Shown here: in pieces, positions 9,053-18,870 of the stretch
Position numbering within the stretch: position 1 is the stretch's first letter
Layout of the letters: every line of letters starts with the position of its first letter
Source of the DNA: an uncultured delta proteobacterium
GTDB lineage: Bacteria; Myxococcota; Myxococcia; Myxococcales; Anaeromyxobacteraceae
Length of the DNA: 64,000 bases
Direction of reading: 5' to 3'
NCBI GenBank assembly: GCA_963828255.1
Contig: CAWHDZ010000007.1
Location: forward strand, 208,034 to 272,033
Translations under genes and position numbers: made by a program
The notes under the pieces: model-generated
Database searches by the model: none
Told to the model about the DNA's origin: nothing
The model's input: the letters and a program-made list of their open reading frames with translations, nothing else

Positions 9053-10909
9053 TCACTGACAGCTCGGGCTCGTGCCGGGGGTCCAGTACCGGGTTCCTCC
9101 GTGGCAGCCGGTTGCGGTTCCAGTGTAACCGTTGGGACCGGGGGCGGACGGATTCCAGTTGGAGAAATCCGGGGCCCCGGGAGCCGGGGCCGTGTTCATG
9201 TCCGGAACGCCGTTCACGTGGAACGGGAGGGCGTCCGGGCCGACGGCTCCGAGGCTGTACCCGGCCGGGTGGCAGGTCCCGCAGGAGACCGCGTACCAGT
9301 TGGGAAGGGCGTGCATCTGGTGCGAACCGGTGGTGGGCGGATCGCCGTGGCAGGCGCCGCAGCGAGCCTGTGTCCCGTCCACCTTGGTCCATTCGGGCGC
9401 GGTCGTCGTTCCACCGGTGAGCGTCGCCCCGTGGCAGTAGTTCGCGCAGGTGGCGGCGGTCCGGTCGAAGGAGGCCTGGGCGCCGTTCGCCGTGGCCAGC
9501 GGGCCCCAGTCGAGCGTGGCGGGCGTCGTGAAGGCCGGCCCCACGTGGAGGAGGCTCGCGGGCGAGGGGACGACGTGACACTCCGTGCAGTCGATGGGCT
9601 CGGAGATGGCGCTCGCACCGGGGAGGAGGTGGGCCTGGTGGGCGCCCACGCCGACCTGCCGCGTGTCGGAGGAGCCGAACCGGTCCACCGGCGGAGCGGC
9701 CTTCACCAGGGCGTCCATGCCCGTTGGCACCACGCGGTTCGGGTCGCCGTGGCAGGCGGTGCAGTCGGCGCTGAGGAACGGGGCACGGACGTCCGGGAGA
9801 CCGTTCACGTGGAGTGTCGGGTTCACCGTGGCCCGCGAGTAGCCCTGGTGGCAGAAGCCGCAGTCGGCGCCCGTCGCGATCGCGGGGTGCCAGGCGCTCG
9901 TGTCGATGGAGCCGCCGGGGAGGGCGTGGCAGGAGCCGCAGGTGATCTCCGAGGGGGGATTCCACGACGGGGTCGTGAGTGTTCCGCCGCCGAGCGGCAG
10001 GCCCGGGCCGCCGCCGTGACAGTAGACGTTGCTGCAGGTGATGGAGGAGCCCCCGGGCGGAGGGAGCACGAGAACGGGGACGGCGCCGTTCGCCGACGCG
10101 AGCCCCGAGAAGGTCACCGTGGCGCTGCTGGTTGCGGTCGGGCCGACGTGCGCCAGATCGGTGGGGACGACGTGGCACGCCGAGCAGGCGATGGGCAGGG
10201 AGAGGGGGCCGGCCGCGGGGAGGGAAAGCGGATCCCCGGCGGGGAGCAGGTGGCGCTGATGCGCGCCGACTCCCCGCAGCGACGGGCTGGACGCGCCGTT
10301 CCGGTCCACCGGGGGCGCCGCCTTCACGATGTCCGGGGTGCCCGGGGGCAGCGCCCGGCTCGCGTCACCGTGGCAGGCGGCGCAGTTGGTGAGCATGGTG
10401 GGATCGGTGAGATCCTGCAGGCCGTTCACGTGGACCTGCCGGTCCACCGTGGAGTTGGTGAAGCCGGGGTGGCAGAGGGCGCACTGCACGCCCGCGGCCA
10501 CCACCGGGTGCCACGGGGTGGCCGTGCCGGCACCCGGGGAGGCGTGGCATCCCCCGCATCCCAGGACCGAGGGCGGGTTCCAGATCGGGGCCGGGACCGT
10601 CCCTCCGCCGATCTGCAGGCCGGGGCCGCCCGAGTGGCAGTAGACGTTGGAGCAGGACAGCGAAGTGGAGTTGAACGCCCCGACTGCCCCGTTGGCCCGG
10701 GCCAGGTTCCCCTCCAGGGTGACGGCGAACTGCCCGTTGTGGCACTCGCCGCAGGAGATCACCTTGGCGATCGGCCCGGAGAGGTGGACCGTGTGGGCGC
10801 CGGTGGTGGGCTCGCCGCCGCTCCCGCTCTCGGACGCCTCGCGTGCGGAGCAGGATGTGAGGCCGAGACCGGTGACGGCAAGAAGGACGGCGGTTCTGCC
10901 GTGGCGCAT
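9053..10909 (-). CDS. lipoprotein multiheme cytochrome c, 618 aa, ~14 heme motifs
   Basis: ATG at 10909, MRHGRTAVLLAVTGLGLTSC lipobox; 11 CxxCH + 3 CX3-4CH. The upstream part of ORF 9053..13093 is an off-frame shadow of the neighbouring gene. Confidence 0.9.
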   Translation of the reverse strand: MRHGRTAVLLAVTGLGLTSCSAREASESGSGGEPTTGAHTVHLSGPIAKVISCGECHNGQFAVTLEGNLARANGAVGAFNSTSLSCSNVYCHSGGPGLQIGGGTVPAPIWNPPSVLGCGGCHASPGAGTATPWHPVVAAGVQCALCHPGFTNSTVDRQVHVNGLQDLTDPTMLTNCAACHGDASRALPPGTPDIVKAAPPVDRNGASSPSLRGVGAHQRHLLPAGDPLSLPAAGPLSLPIACSACHVVPTDLAHVGPTATSSATVTFSGLASANGAVPVLVLPPPGGSSITCSNVYCHGGGPGLPLGGGTLTTPSWNPPSEITCGSCHALPGGSIDTSAWHPAIATGADCGFCHQGYSRATVNPTLHVNGLPDVRAPFLSADCTACHGDPNRVVPTGMDALVKAAPPVDRFGSSDTRQVGVGAHQAHLLPGASAISEPIDCTECHVVPSPASLLHVGPAFTTPATLDWGPLATANGAQASFDRTAATCANYCHGATLTGGTTTAPEWTKVDGTQARCGACHGDPPTTGSHQMHALPNWYAVSCGTCHPAGYSLGAVGPDALPFHVNGVPDMNTAPAPGAPDFSNWNPSAPGPNGYTGTATGCHGGTRYWTPGTSPSCQ

Positions 10910-11001
10910 GATACCCCCAGGGTGAATACCCCGGGAAGGTACCACGCCCGCCGCGCCATCCAAGAAGGACGACGGGGCGGGCCCGTCGGGTGTTCCGGGG
11001 G

Positions 11002-13011
11002 CTACCAGGTCTCGCTGCCGTGGCAGGCCGGGGCGCACTGGAGCGTGGAAGCGTTCCACGAGTTGATGCTGGTTCCCGCTCCTGCCACGTTCTTCACGCC
11101 GTTCACGTGCAGGGGCACGTTCACGACGGTCGTCGAGTATCCGGAGTGGCACGAGCCGCAGCCGATGCCCGCGCCGTTGTGGAGCGAGTGTTCCCCCGTG
11201 TTTGGCGGCCGGCCGTGGCAGGACGTGCAAGTCATCGGTCCGCCAGTCCAGAGCGGGGCGGCGGTCGTGGCTCCACCGGTGAAGCTGCCGTGGCAGTAGG
11301 TCGCCGAGCAGGTGAGCGTGGTCGGGTTGAAGACAGGCCGGGCGCTGCCGGTGATGGCGATCCCGCCGAAGGGCAGGGAAGCCCTCTGGCCGTCCACGTG
11401 GGCCACACCGGACGGGAGGGGGCTGGCATGGCAGTTCGTGCAGGCGAACGGCGGTGCCCTCTGCCCGGATGCCAGCGGGTTCACGTGCTTCTGGTGGGCG
11501 CCCACCATGGCGTCGGTGGTGAGGGTCTGCCCCTGCGGGCCCACCGGGGGGGAGTAGGCCAGGAAGGGGTCCGTCCCGGGGACGTTGCCGGTCCTTCCCG
11601 TGGTGCCATGGCAGAAGGTGCACTCGTTCTGCCAGTCCGGGTGAGAGGCATTGGAGTGGCAGGTGTTGCAGGAACTTGTGGCGATGCCGGAAGCCGCGCC
11701 GAAGCCGGTGTGGCAGCCGGTGCAGGTCTGGAGCCCCTGCTGGTTGGCCGAGTAGCCGTGCGCTGTGGGGATGGCCCAGCCAGCCGGGTGAATGCCCGAG
11801 TACTCGGCGAGGCCGTTCATGTGCCTGCCGCCCCCGACGTTGATCACCCCGCCGGCGCTCACCGTGTCGGGGTGGCACCCGTTGCAGGACGCAGGCGTGA
11901 CGGCCCCCGTGGCAGGATGGCCGGTGGGAGGCATGCCGTGGCAGCCGGTGCAGGAGAGGGTCGGGGTGGCGTTCCACGCCGGCGTGGCGCCCGCATTCCC
12001 GGTCACTCCACCGAAGTTGAAATTCCCGTGGCAGTAGGTCGCCGAGCAGGAGAGGGTCGTGGCGTTGTAGGTCGGGGCCGCGCCCTGCGTGGTGGCGAGC
12101 GTGCCGGGGCTGAAGACGATGCGCTCGGGGAGCGTGAGGGCGTGGTTCGCGTCGTCCGGGACCACGTGGCACTCGTTGCAGGCCACGGCCGCGCGGATGG
12201 TGGTGTCGGTCAGGTGGAGCAGGTGGGTGCCAACGACCCTGGCAGGATCGGTACCTCCGGGCGCCAGCGGCGGCGCCGCGTCGAGCAGCGGGTTGGTGGC
12301 TGTCACGGGGCGACCCGGGGTGCCGTGGCAGGAGGTGCAGTTGGCCGCCACGTTCGCGACACCGTTCACGTGGCCTCCGCCGGCGACGTTGATGGTCCCG
12401 TTGGCGTTCACGGTGGACGGGTGGCATTGGCTGCAGGTCGCCGCGGTGACCGGCGGGGCCAGCGCCGGGTGGCCGGTGGGCGGCAGGCCGTGGCAGTTCA
12501 CGCACTGGATGTCGGTGTCGGTCCAGAGCGGCGTCCCCGAGGCGCCGCGCACGCCGGCGAAGTCGAACCCACCGTGACAGTAGGTGGCGGAGCAGCCCAG
12601 CGTGGTCCCGTTCCAGGCCGGGTTGTTCCCCTGCGTCCTCGCGAGCGCCCCGAAGAGGACGGGGCTCGCTGGTGGATTGGTGGCGTGGGCGATGTCCGTC
12701 GGAACGAGGTGGCACTCGTTGCAGCTGAGGGGAGCGCGGAGTGCGTTGGCACTGGAGGGGTTCACGTGGCGCAGGTGAGCGCCCTCCGCCGAGACCGGAG
12801 ATCCGGTCGTGACCACCGGAGGGGCCGCGGCAAGCTGCGGGTCGGTTCCGGCCAGGTTCCCGATGCGTCCGGCCGTGCCGTGGCAGTAGACGCAGGCATC
12901 GGGGTTGCTCACCGAGCCGCCCGGTGCAGCGGGGCGCGAGGTGCAGGCGGAGGTGGACAGAACGCAGACGAAGGCCGCGGCGGCGAGGACGGGAATCCGG
13001 GTCGAAGTCAC
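11002..13011 (-). CDS. lipoprotein multiheme cytochrome c, ~669 aa, ~18 heme motifs
   Basis: GTG at 13011 with AGGAGG upstream; lipobox STSAC; 14 CxxCH + 4 CX3-4CH; three modules plus a two-heme insert (HPAGWAIPTAHG...CTGCH...CNTCH). Confidence 0.9.
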   Translation of the reverse strand: MTSTRIPVLAAAAFVCVLSTSACTSRPAAPGGSVSNPDACVYCHGTAGRIGNLAGTDPQLAAAPPVVTTGSPVSAEGAHLRHVNPSSANALRAPLSCNECHLVPTDIAHATNPPASPVLFGALARTQGNNPAWNGTTLGCSATYCHGGFDFAGVRGASGTPLWTDTDIQCVNCHGLPPTGHPALAPPVTAATCSQCHPSTVNANGTINVAGGGHVNGVANVAANCTSCHGTPGRPVTATNPLLDAAPPLAPGGTDPARVVGTHLLHLTDTTIRAAVACNECHVVPDDANHALTLPERIVFSPGTLATTQGAAPTYNATTLSCSATYCHGNFNFGGVTGNAGATPAWNATPTLSCTGCHGMPPTGHPATGAVTPASCNGCHPDTVSAGGVINVGGGRHMNGLAEYSGIHPAGWAIPTAHGYSANQQGLQTCTGCHTGFGAASGIATSSCNTCHSNASHPDWQNECTFCHGTTGRTGNVPGTDPFLAYSPPVGPQGQTLTTDAMVGAHQKHVNPLASGQRAPPFACTNCHASPLPSGVAHVDGQRASLPFGGIAITGSARPVFNPTTLTCSATYCHGSFTGGATTAAPLWTGGPMTCTSCHGRPPNTGEHSLHNGAGIGCGSCHSGYSTTVVNVPLHVNGVKNVAGAGTSINSWNASTLQCAPACHGSETW

Positions 13012-13177
13012 GGGCAGCCTCCTGGGAAAAACACGTGAAACTTGTGCGGGATCGGTCCTCGAACCGACAATCGCGTTTACCCCCAAAGGGCATTTTAGTC
13101 CAACCAGGAAGCGCTCATTGTCCGTCGCGCAACGGTGAGGCCCACCCGGGATTCCGGGTGGGTCTCGCGCCGAAGCG

Positions 13178-13696
13178 TCACCTCGGAATGTCGGCCTTCA
13201 TCTCCGCACCGTGCGCCGGTGCCTGCCCGTGGGCCCCGCCCGGCTTCCCGCCCTTCGGTTCCAGGTACTCGTTCGACAGGGTGGAGACGGACGCCACCTT
13301 CCATCGGCCGCCCTCGCGAACCAGCTCGTAGCTCATCTTCATGTCGGCGACGAAGGTCGGCCCGTCGGGCTCTCCGGGCTTCGTGTGGCGGTCGTGGTAG
13401 CGCCACCTCTCGCGGGTCTCGACGGTGCCTGCGTCCCCGGTCGTCGAGGCGCTCGTCACCTCGAAGGCATCGATCCGGCTCTCGAGAACCAGCTTCGCCG
13501 AGGTCTTGAGGTCCACGAGCACCTGCACGCGCCCCATCTCCTTCGCGGTGGCCAGGTTGGCAAGCGGCGAGGCGTCGCCGCCGGCGTAAGCGCGTACCAG
13601 CGCGTCGTCATAGGCGCGAACCGCCTTCGCAGCTTCCTGCGAGGCGCCCTGGCAGGACCCGAGGACGAGGAGCGCAGTGGCAGCGAGCCGTCGCAT
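13178..13696 (-). CDS. lipoprotein of unknown function, NTF2/IMS-like, coupled to ccsA
   Basis: Lipobox VLGSC; start overlaps the ccsA stop; C-terminal YELVREGGRWKV strand pattern. Confidence 0.75.
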   Translation of the reverse strand: MRRLAATALLVLGSCQGASQEAAKAVRAYDDALVRAYAGGDASPLANLATAKEMGRVQVLVDLKTSAKLVLESRIDAFEVTSASTTGDAGTVETRERWRYHDRHTKPGEPDGPTFVADMKMSYELVREGGRWKVASVSTLSNEYLEPKGGKPGGAHGQAPAHGAEMKADIPR

Positions 13697-14508
13697 CAGC
13701 TCCCCACCATGTAGGAGTTGTGGATGGTCGGCACGAGGATGGCGACCACGAAGAGGGTGACCACCGCGAATCCCAGCGCCACGAAGGTGAGCCAGGCCAT
13801 GCGCCGGCCGCTCCAGCGGTGCAGGACCCGGAAGTGGAGCACGATGCCGAAGACGATCCAGGTGACGAGCGCGCTCGTCTCAATGGGATCCCACCCCCAG
13901 TAGCGCCCCCAGGACTGGTGGGCCCAGAGCGCGCCGGCGGCGATCATCACTCCCAGGAAGAGGAAGGAGATGATCATGAACTGGTGGGCGTAGAGGTCGA
14001 GCTTCTCCGGGCTGGGCAGCCTGGGGAGCGCCGACGGCTTGCGATCCTTCAGGAGCCAGGCAGCCGCGCAGGCAGCCGCGAGCAGGATGGCCGCGAAGAA
14101 GAGCTTGGCGAATCCGATGTGCATGAAGAGCCACCAGGACTTGAAGATGATGGGCACCTCGCGCTTCAGCTCGAAGGTGGAGACCGCCCAGCCCATGAGC
14201 AGGAAGGCCGATGGGGCCACGAAGACGCCCAGGCCACGAAGGCCGCGGGCCATCGCCGTGGCCACCAGCCAGACCGCCACCACGATGAAGGTGTCCGCCG
14301 AGATCACCTCGTAGCGGGTGTTGTAGGGGCCGTGCCCCACCTCGACCCAGCGCAGCGCGAGCGAGCCGGCGTGCGGCAGGAGAGCGGCGGCGAGGAGCGC
14401 CATCCCCGCCCGGGCGCCCCACTCCTTCCCGAAGGCTGCCCAGGCGAACCAGGCGACCGTCGCCAGCGCATAGAGGGTGACTGCACTCCAGAAGAGGATG
14501 CTCTGCAC
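13696..14508 (-). CDS. ccsA: cytochrome c biogenesis System II heme lyase CcsA/ResC
   Basis: Multi-TM protein with WWD motif WAHQSWGRYWGWDPIETSALVTW and conserved His residues (WLFMH, IVLHFR). Confidence 0.93.
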   Translation of the reverse strand: MQSILFWSAVTLYALATVAWFAWAAFGKEWGARAGMALLAAALLPHAGSLALRWVEVGHGPYNTRYEVISADTFIVVAVWLVATAMARGLRGLGVFVAPSAFLLMGWAVSTFELKREVPIIFKSWWLFMHIGFAKLFFAAILLAAACAAAWLLKDRKPSALPRLPSPEKLDLYAHQFMIISFLFLGVMIAAGALWAHQSWGRYWGWDPIETSALVTWIVFGIVLHFRVLHRWSGRRMAWLTFVALGFAVVTLFVVAILVPTIHNSYMVGS

Positions 14509-14517
14509 GGGTTCTCC

Positions 14518-15729
14518 TCAGGCCGGCGGACCGGCGCGCTCCCAGTCGGTGGCGATGGCCGCACCCCCACGGACGGTGAAGACCAGCGCGGCGGCCCCCT
14601 CCCCAGCCCGGCCGATCCGGGCCACGCCGGCTGGGAAGGCGAGCAGCGTGCAGCCGGCCAGGATGACGATGAATCCGGCGAATACGCCGGAGAGCCCGGG
14701 AGTGCGGGTGTACGTGAAGCGCCCCCAGCGCCCGATGCCGAGCACGCGCGCCTGTCCCGCGCCGAAAGGGAAGCCGACCCCCGGGGCCAGTTCCCTTCGC
14801 TCCCCGCGGCTCTCCATCCAGAGGAGGAGCTTGCCCGTCCCGGCCGAGCCGTCGATGTCCCGCTCCGTCTCGAGGACGAAGCGTGCCGGTTCTCCGGAGG
14901 GGCTGGTGACCTCGGCGGCGGCCCTCCGCGGTGCCTCGGTCTGGAGCCGGAGCGAGCGCATCCCCATCCCGGGGATGTCGATCGTGATGGCCATGCCCGA
15001 TGGGATGGCCTGGAAGATCTCGATGTCGCCAGCGCGGATGCCGGCCGCCCGGTCCACGGTCTCCACCCGGAGCGGCTCGCCGGGGACAATCACCTCGAGC
15101 TCGGAGAGCCGGTCGCTGGAGTACCCGGCCTGCTTCTGGAACGGGTCGAAGCGGACGAGCGCCACGTCGACCTCGGGGAGGGACTGCCGTGCGAGCGGCC
15201 CCTTCTCCCGGCCGAAGACGGTTCCGTGGGCCGCGAGGCTCGCCTTCTCCCCCTCGGACAGGTCGAAGACCCCCGAGTCGAAGAGCGCGTGCTGAACCAG
15301 GACCGCGGCGATGAGCACGAGGAGGCCGACGTGGAGCACCCAGCCTCCCCAGAGCGCCGGGCCGAAGCGGGTGAGGGTCTCGCCCTGGCCGCGGAAGCCC
15401 TGCTCCGCGAGGAACGCCCGGGCGTCGGCGGAGCGCACGGGGAGCCTGGTCGCCGACGGAGGCAACTCGCCGCGTCCGATGGCCAGGGTGCGGGCGCGCC
15501 GACCCCAGGTGCAGGCGAGCGTGCTCGCGAAGAGCAGGGCCACGACGACGAGGAACGGCCAGGAGGTGAACGGATGGTCCAGGCCGATGGCGACGGCCCA
15601 GGCTGGCGCGGCGGGCCCCTGCGGTTGCATCCACGGGGCCCAGGCGCCCACGCCGGTCCAGACGGCCAGGAAGCCGATGACCGAGAGGGCGAGGCGAGGC
15701 GATCGGAGGAACCGGAGGAGGTTCGACAA
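14518..15729 (-). CDS. resB: ResB/CcsB-like cytochrome c biogenesis protein
   Basis: N-terminal FLRSPRLA plus TM helices, LFASTLACT, WGGWVLHVGLL His-containing TM, periplasmic domain and C-terminal TM; adjacent to ccsA. Confidence 0.8.
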   Translation of the reverse strand: MSNLLRFLRSPRLALSVIGFLAVWTGVGAWAPWMQPQGPAAPAWAVAIGLDHPFTSWPFLVVVALLFASTLACTWGRRARTLAIGRGELPPSATRLPVRSADARAFLAEQGFRGQGETLTRFGPALWGGWVLHVGLLVLIAAVLVQHALFDSGVFDLSEGEKASLAAHGTVFGREKGPLARQSLPEVDVALVRFDPFQKQAGYSSDRLSELEVIVPGEPLRVETVDRAAGIRAGDIEIFQAIPSGMAITIDIPGMGMRSLRLQTEAPRRAAAEVTSPSGEPARFVLETERDIDGSAGTGKLLLWMESRGERRELAPGVGFPFGAGQARVLGIGRWGRFTYTRTPGLSGVFAGFIVILAGCTLLAFPAGVARIGRAGEGAAALVFTVRGGAAIATDWERAGPPA

Positions 15730-15768
15730 GGTCTGTTCGCTGTAATCGGTCGCGGGCCGGGGTTCAAG

Positions 15769-18700
15769 AGGGGCGGCGGCGTGCCCTGTGGCCAGCCGCC
15801 GCCCCCGGGGATCAGTGACCAGTGCCGTTGCAGCCGCAGTTGTCCTTGACCCAGCCCGTGGTGTTGTTGGCGGGGTAGGAGACGATGTAGAGCCTGCTGC
15901 CCGTGCCGCCCTGCGCGTAGGGTGCGGCGTTGTCCCAGCCGGCGATGGTGCCGCCGACGTTGGCGCTGGCGCCGGCGATGGCGACGAGGATGCCTGGGCG
16001 GGGTCCGCCGTGGGGGATGGCGGCGTGGCAGTTGAAGCAGGCCAGGCGGTGGTCGCCGCGCGAGACGTGGGTCGCGAAGCGTGAGCTCCCGAAGTTCTGG
16101 TTGTGGCAGTTGATGCAGAAGGTGTTGGCGGGCATGCCGGCGCTGGTTCCGACGAGGGTGTTGTTCCAGGCGGTGTTCGGTCCCTTGAGGATGAACTTCG
16201 CGGCCGAGCCGTGCGGGCCGTTGGGATCGGTGGTCGTGTCGGAGGCGTGGCAGTCGGTGCAGGTCATGAGGCTGGTTCGCGTCCAGGGGGCCTTGATGTT
16301 GCTGGTGGCGCCCAGGTTGCTCCCTGCGCTCGCGAGAACAGGGTGGAAGCTGCCGGCGGTCTCGTTGTTCGCCCACGTGCCGGCGAAACTCCCCACGTTG
16401 GCGGGGTTGAATTCCTTGGCCTGGTCGGTCTCGGCAAAGGCGCCGGAGGGTGACGTCGGAGGAGTTCCGGTGCCCCAGTAGTACCCGGTGTGGCACTTGA
16501 AGCAGAGGGTGGCCTGGAGGTCGGTGCCGGCGGCGATCACCTTCTTGGTGAAGTTGGCCGAGGTCGGGGCGGTGAAGAAGGCCGGGTTGGAGGTGAGCTG
16601 CGCTCCCCAGGCGCCCTGGAGCGCGGGTCCTGAGACGTTGCCGGTGGTCGCGCTGCCGGTGACGCGCAGGCTTCCGGACGTGGGCTTGGCCTCGTGGGAG
16701 TCGTGGCAGTCCATGCAGCTGGCGTGGCGCTGGCCGGCGCCTGCGGTGACGCCCAGCGCGTTGCCGAAGACGGCGTTGGTGAACTCGGCGGCCGAGTTGT
16801 GCCGGGTGTCGGAGTTGGAGGGGTGGCCCGACTGGTTGGCGGTGGTGGCGTGGAGGACCTGGGTCTGGATGTCCTTGCCGGAGCGGTTGCCCTGGGCGCC
16901 GGCGGCGGGAGTCGCCGTCGAGCCGTGGCAGTTGTAGCAGGCGAAGTTGGCCGCCGTTCCGGCCGGGTTGGTGGTGCCGGCGAGCAGGTTCACGTCGGTG
17001 GTGGAGTAGTGGACGGAGACGGTGGTCGTGCTCGCGGGCGTGTTGCCCTCGACGCGGCTGGCGTGGCACTTGGTGCAATTGCGGGCGAAGCTGCTGGCGT
17101 CGTGGAGCCCGTAGCTCCAGTTGTAGGTCGTCGCCCCCACGGTGTTGGTGGAGAAGTCGTGGGCCGAGAGGCCGAAGGTCGCGGCGGAGACGGTGATGCC
17201 GTTCGCCAGGATGGGCTTCTGGTGGCAGCTCGCGCACAGGCCCACGTTGAGCGTGGTGTCGAAATCGGTCCGGGCGCGGTTCTGGGTGCCGGTGCCGCCG
17301 GTGCCGATGCGCGTGGTCGCCGTGACGGCGCGGGTCGCCTGCGTTGTGGCGTCGAGGAAGACGTTGTTGGCGTGCCCCGCTCCGGCCGGGCTGGTGACGG
17401 TGTGCGGGTGGTCGCCGTGGCACATGGAGATGCAGGTCCGGTTGGCGATCGCCACCGAGGTGTTGAGATCGGTTCCGGTCCAGCTGAAGGCGCCGTCCGC
17501 CGGGACGTCGCTGCCGAGGGCGTGCCGTGAGACCGGCGCGCCGGTCACCGCCGTCATCCGGTTGAAGTAGTCGGTGTGGCAGCCGCCGCAGCTCGAGCCG
17601 CCGGTGGCGGGCTCGCCGCCGCCGTCGAGCTGGCCGTTGATGTGGAGGCCGCCGGCGACGTTGATGGTGCCGTCGGTGTTGACCGTGCCGCCGTGGCAGC
17701 GGTTGCAGTCGGTGGCGGCCGCGAGGACGCCGGTGTGGCTCACCGTGGGCGGGAAGGCGTGGCAGCTGCCGCAGGTCGCGGCGGTGCCGGTCCAGGACCA
17801 GGTGGCCCCCACCGAGCCGGTGAAGCCCGCCGCCATCGTGGCGCCGTGGCAGTAGGTGGCGCAGGTGGTGGCGGTGGTGCTGCCGTTGCCCAGCGTGAAC
17901 GTCGCAGTGAACGCGCCCAGGTTCGCGCCGGTGGCGGTGGCGAAGGTCACGTTCCGCGTGCTGTTCGAGTGGGCGTTGTTTCCGGCGTTGTTCGGGTGGC
18001 ACTCGACGCAGGCGACGGGCCGGTACACCGCGCCGGTGGCCACGGGGTTCACGTGGGAGACGTGGACTCCGACCCGGACGCCGGTCGTGGCTCCCAGCGA
18101 GTCGGCGGGGGGCGCCGACTGCTGGTTCAGGTCCGCGCCGGCCACGCTCACACGGGTCGCCGCGCCGTGGCAGGACGTGCAGGTGAGCGCGTCGACCTGA
18201 ACCGACCCGTTCAGGTGATTGGCCGGGTTGATGCTGCCGATGGTGTAACCGGTGTGGCAGTTCTGGCAGGCGGAGTTGGCTGGGTGGGTCCCGCCGGGGG
18301 GCGTGCCGTGGCAGGTGCCGCAGTTCGCTGCGGCGACGCCGCCGAGCCAGGACGGGGCGAGAGTGGTCGCGCCGTTCGTGAAGTTGCCGTGGCAGTAGAC
18401 GTTGGAGCAGGTGCCCGCGCCGTTCGTCCCCGCGCCGGTGGTGCTGCCCGCGTAGGCGGCGGTGGTGATGCCGCCCGTCCTGGCGAGCGTGCCGAAGGCG
18501 ATGGTGGCGCGAGCTCCGCCGGTGCCGACGCCCGTCGCGTGGGCGACGTCGCCCGCGCCGGGAACCGTGTGGCACTCGTTGCAGGCGAGCGCGGTGGCGC
18601 GCCAGCGCGTGCCAACGAGGTGCGCCGCGTGTGCGCCGACGCCGGCGGCCGTCGCAGCGGTCGCCCCGGTGGTGTCGGCGGCGGTGGCGTTGAAGCCGGG

Positions 18701-18870
18701 GGCCGAGGCGTTCGACGTTGCGGCGACCGCGGTCTGGGTGAGATCGCCGTGGCAGAGGGTGCAGCCGGAGCGGCTCAGGTTGACGGTGCCGTCCACGTGG
18801 GTCGCGGCGACCACCGTCGTCGCCGTGTTGCCCGCGCCGTGGCAGGTCGCGCAGGTGGCGTTGGCAGGGT
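15769..18870. repeat. copy 1 of a ~3.1-kb near-identical direct repeat (copy 2 at ~23458-26560)
   Basis: Offset 7689 bp; only a few substitutions visible over the first ~2.4 kb. Confidence 0.92.
15770..15805 (-). terminator. GC-rich stem-loop after giant cytochrome gene 1 (no U-tract)
   Basis: GGGGCGGCGGC-14 nt-GCCGCCGCCCC; identical copy at 23459-23494. Confidence 0.55.
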
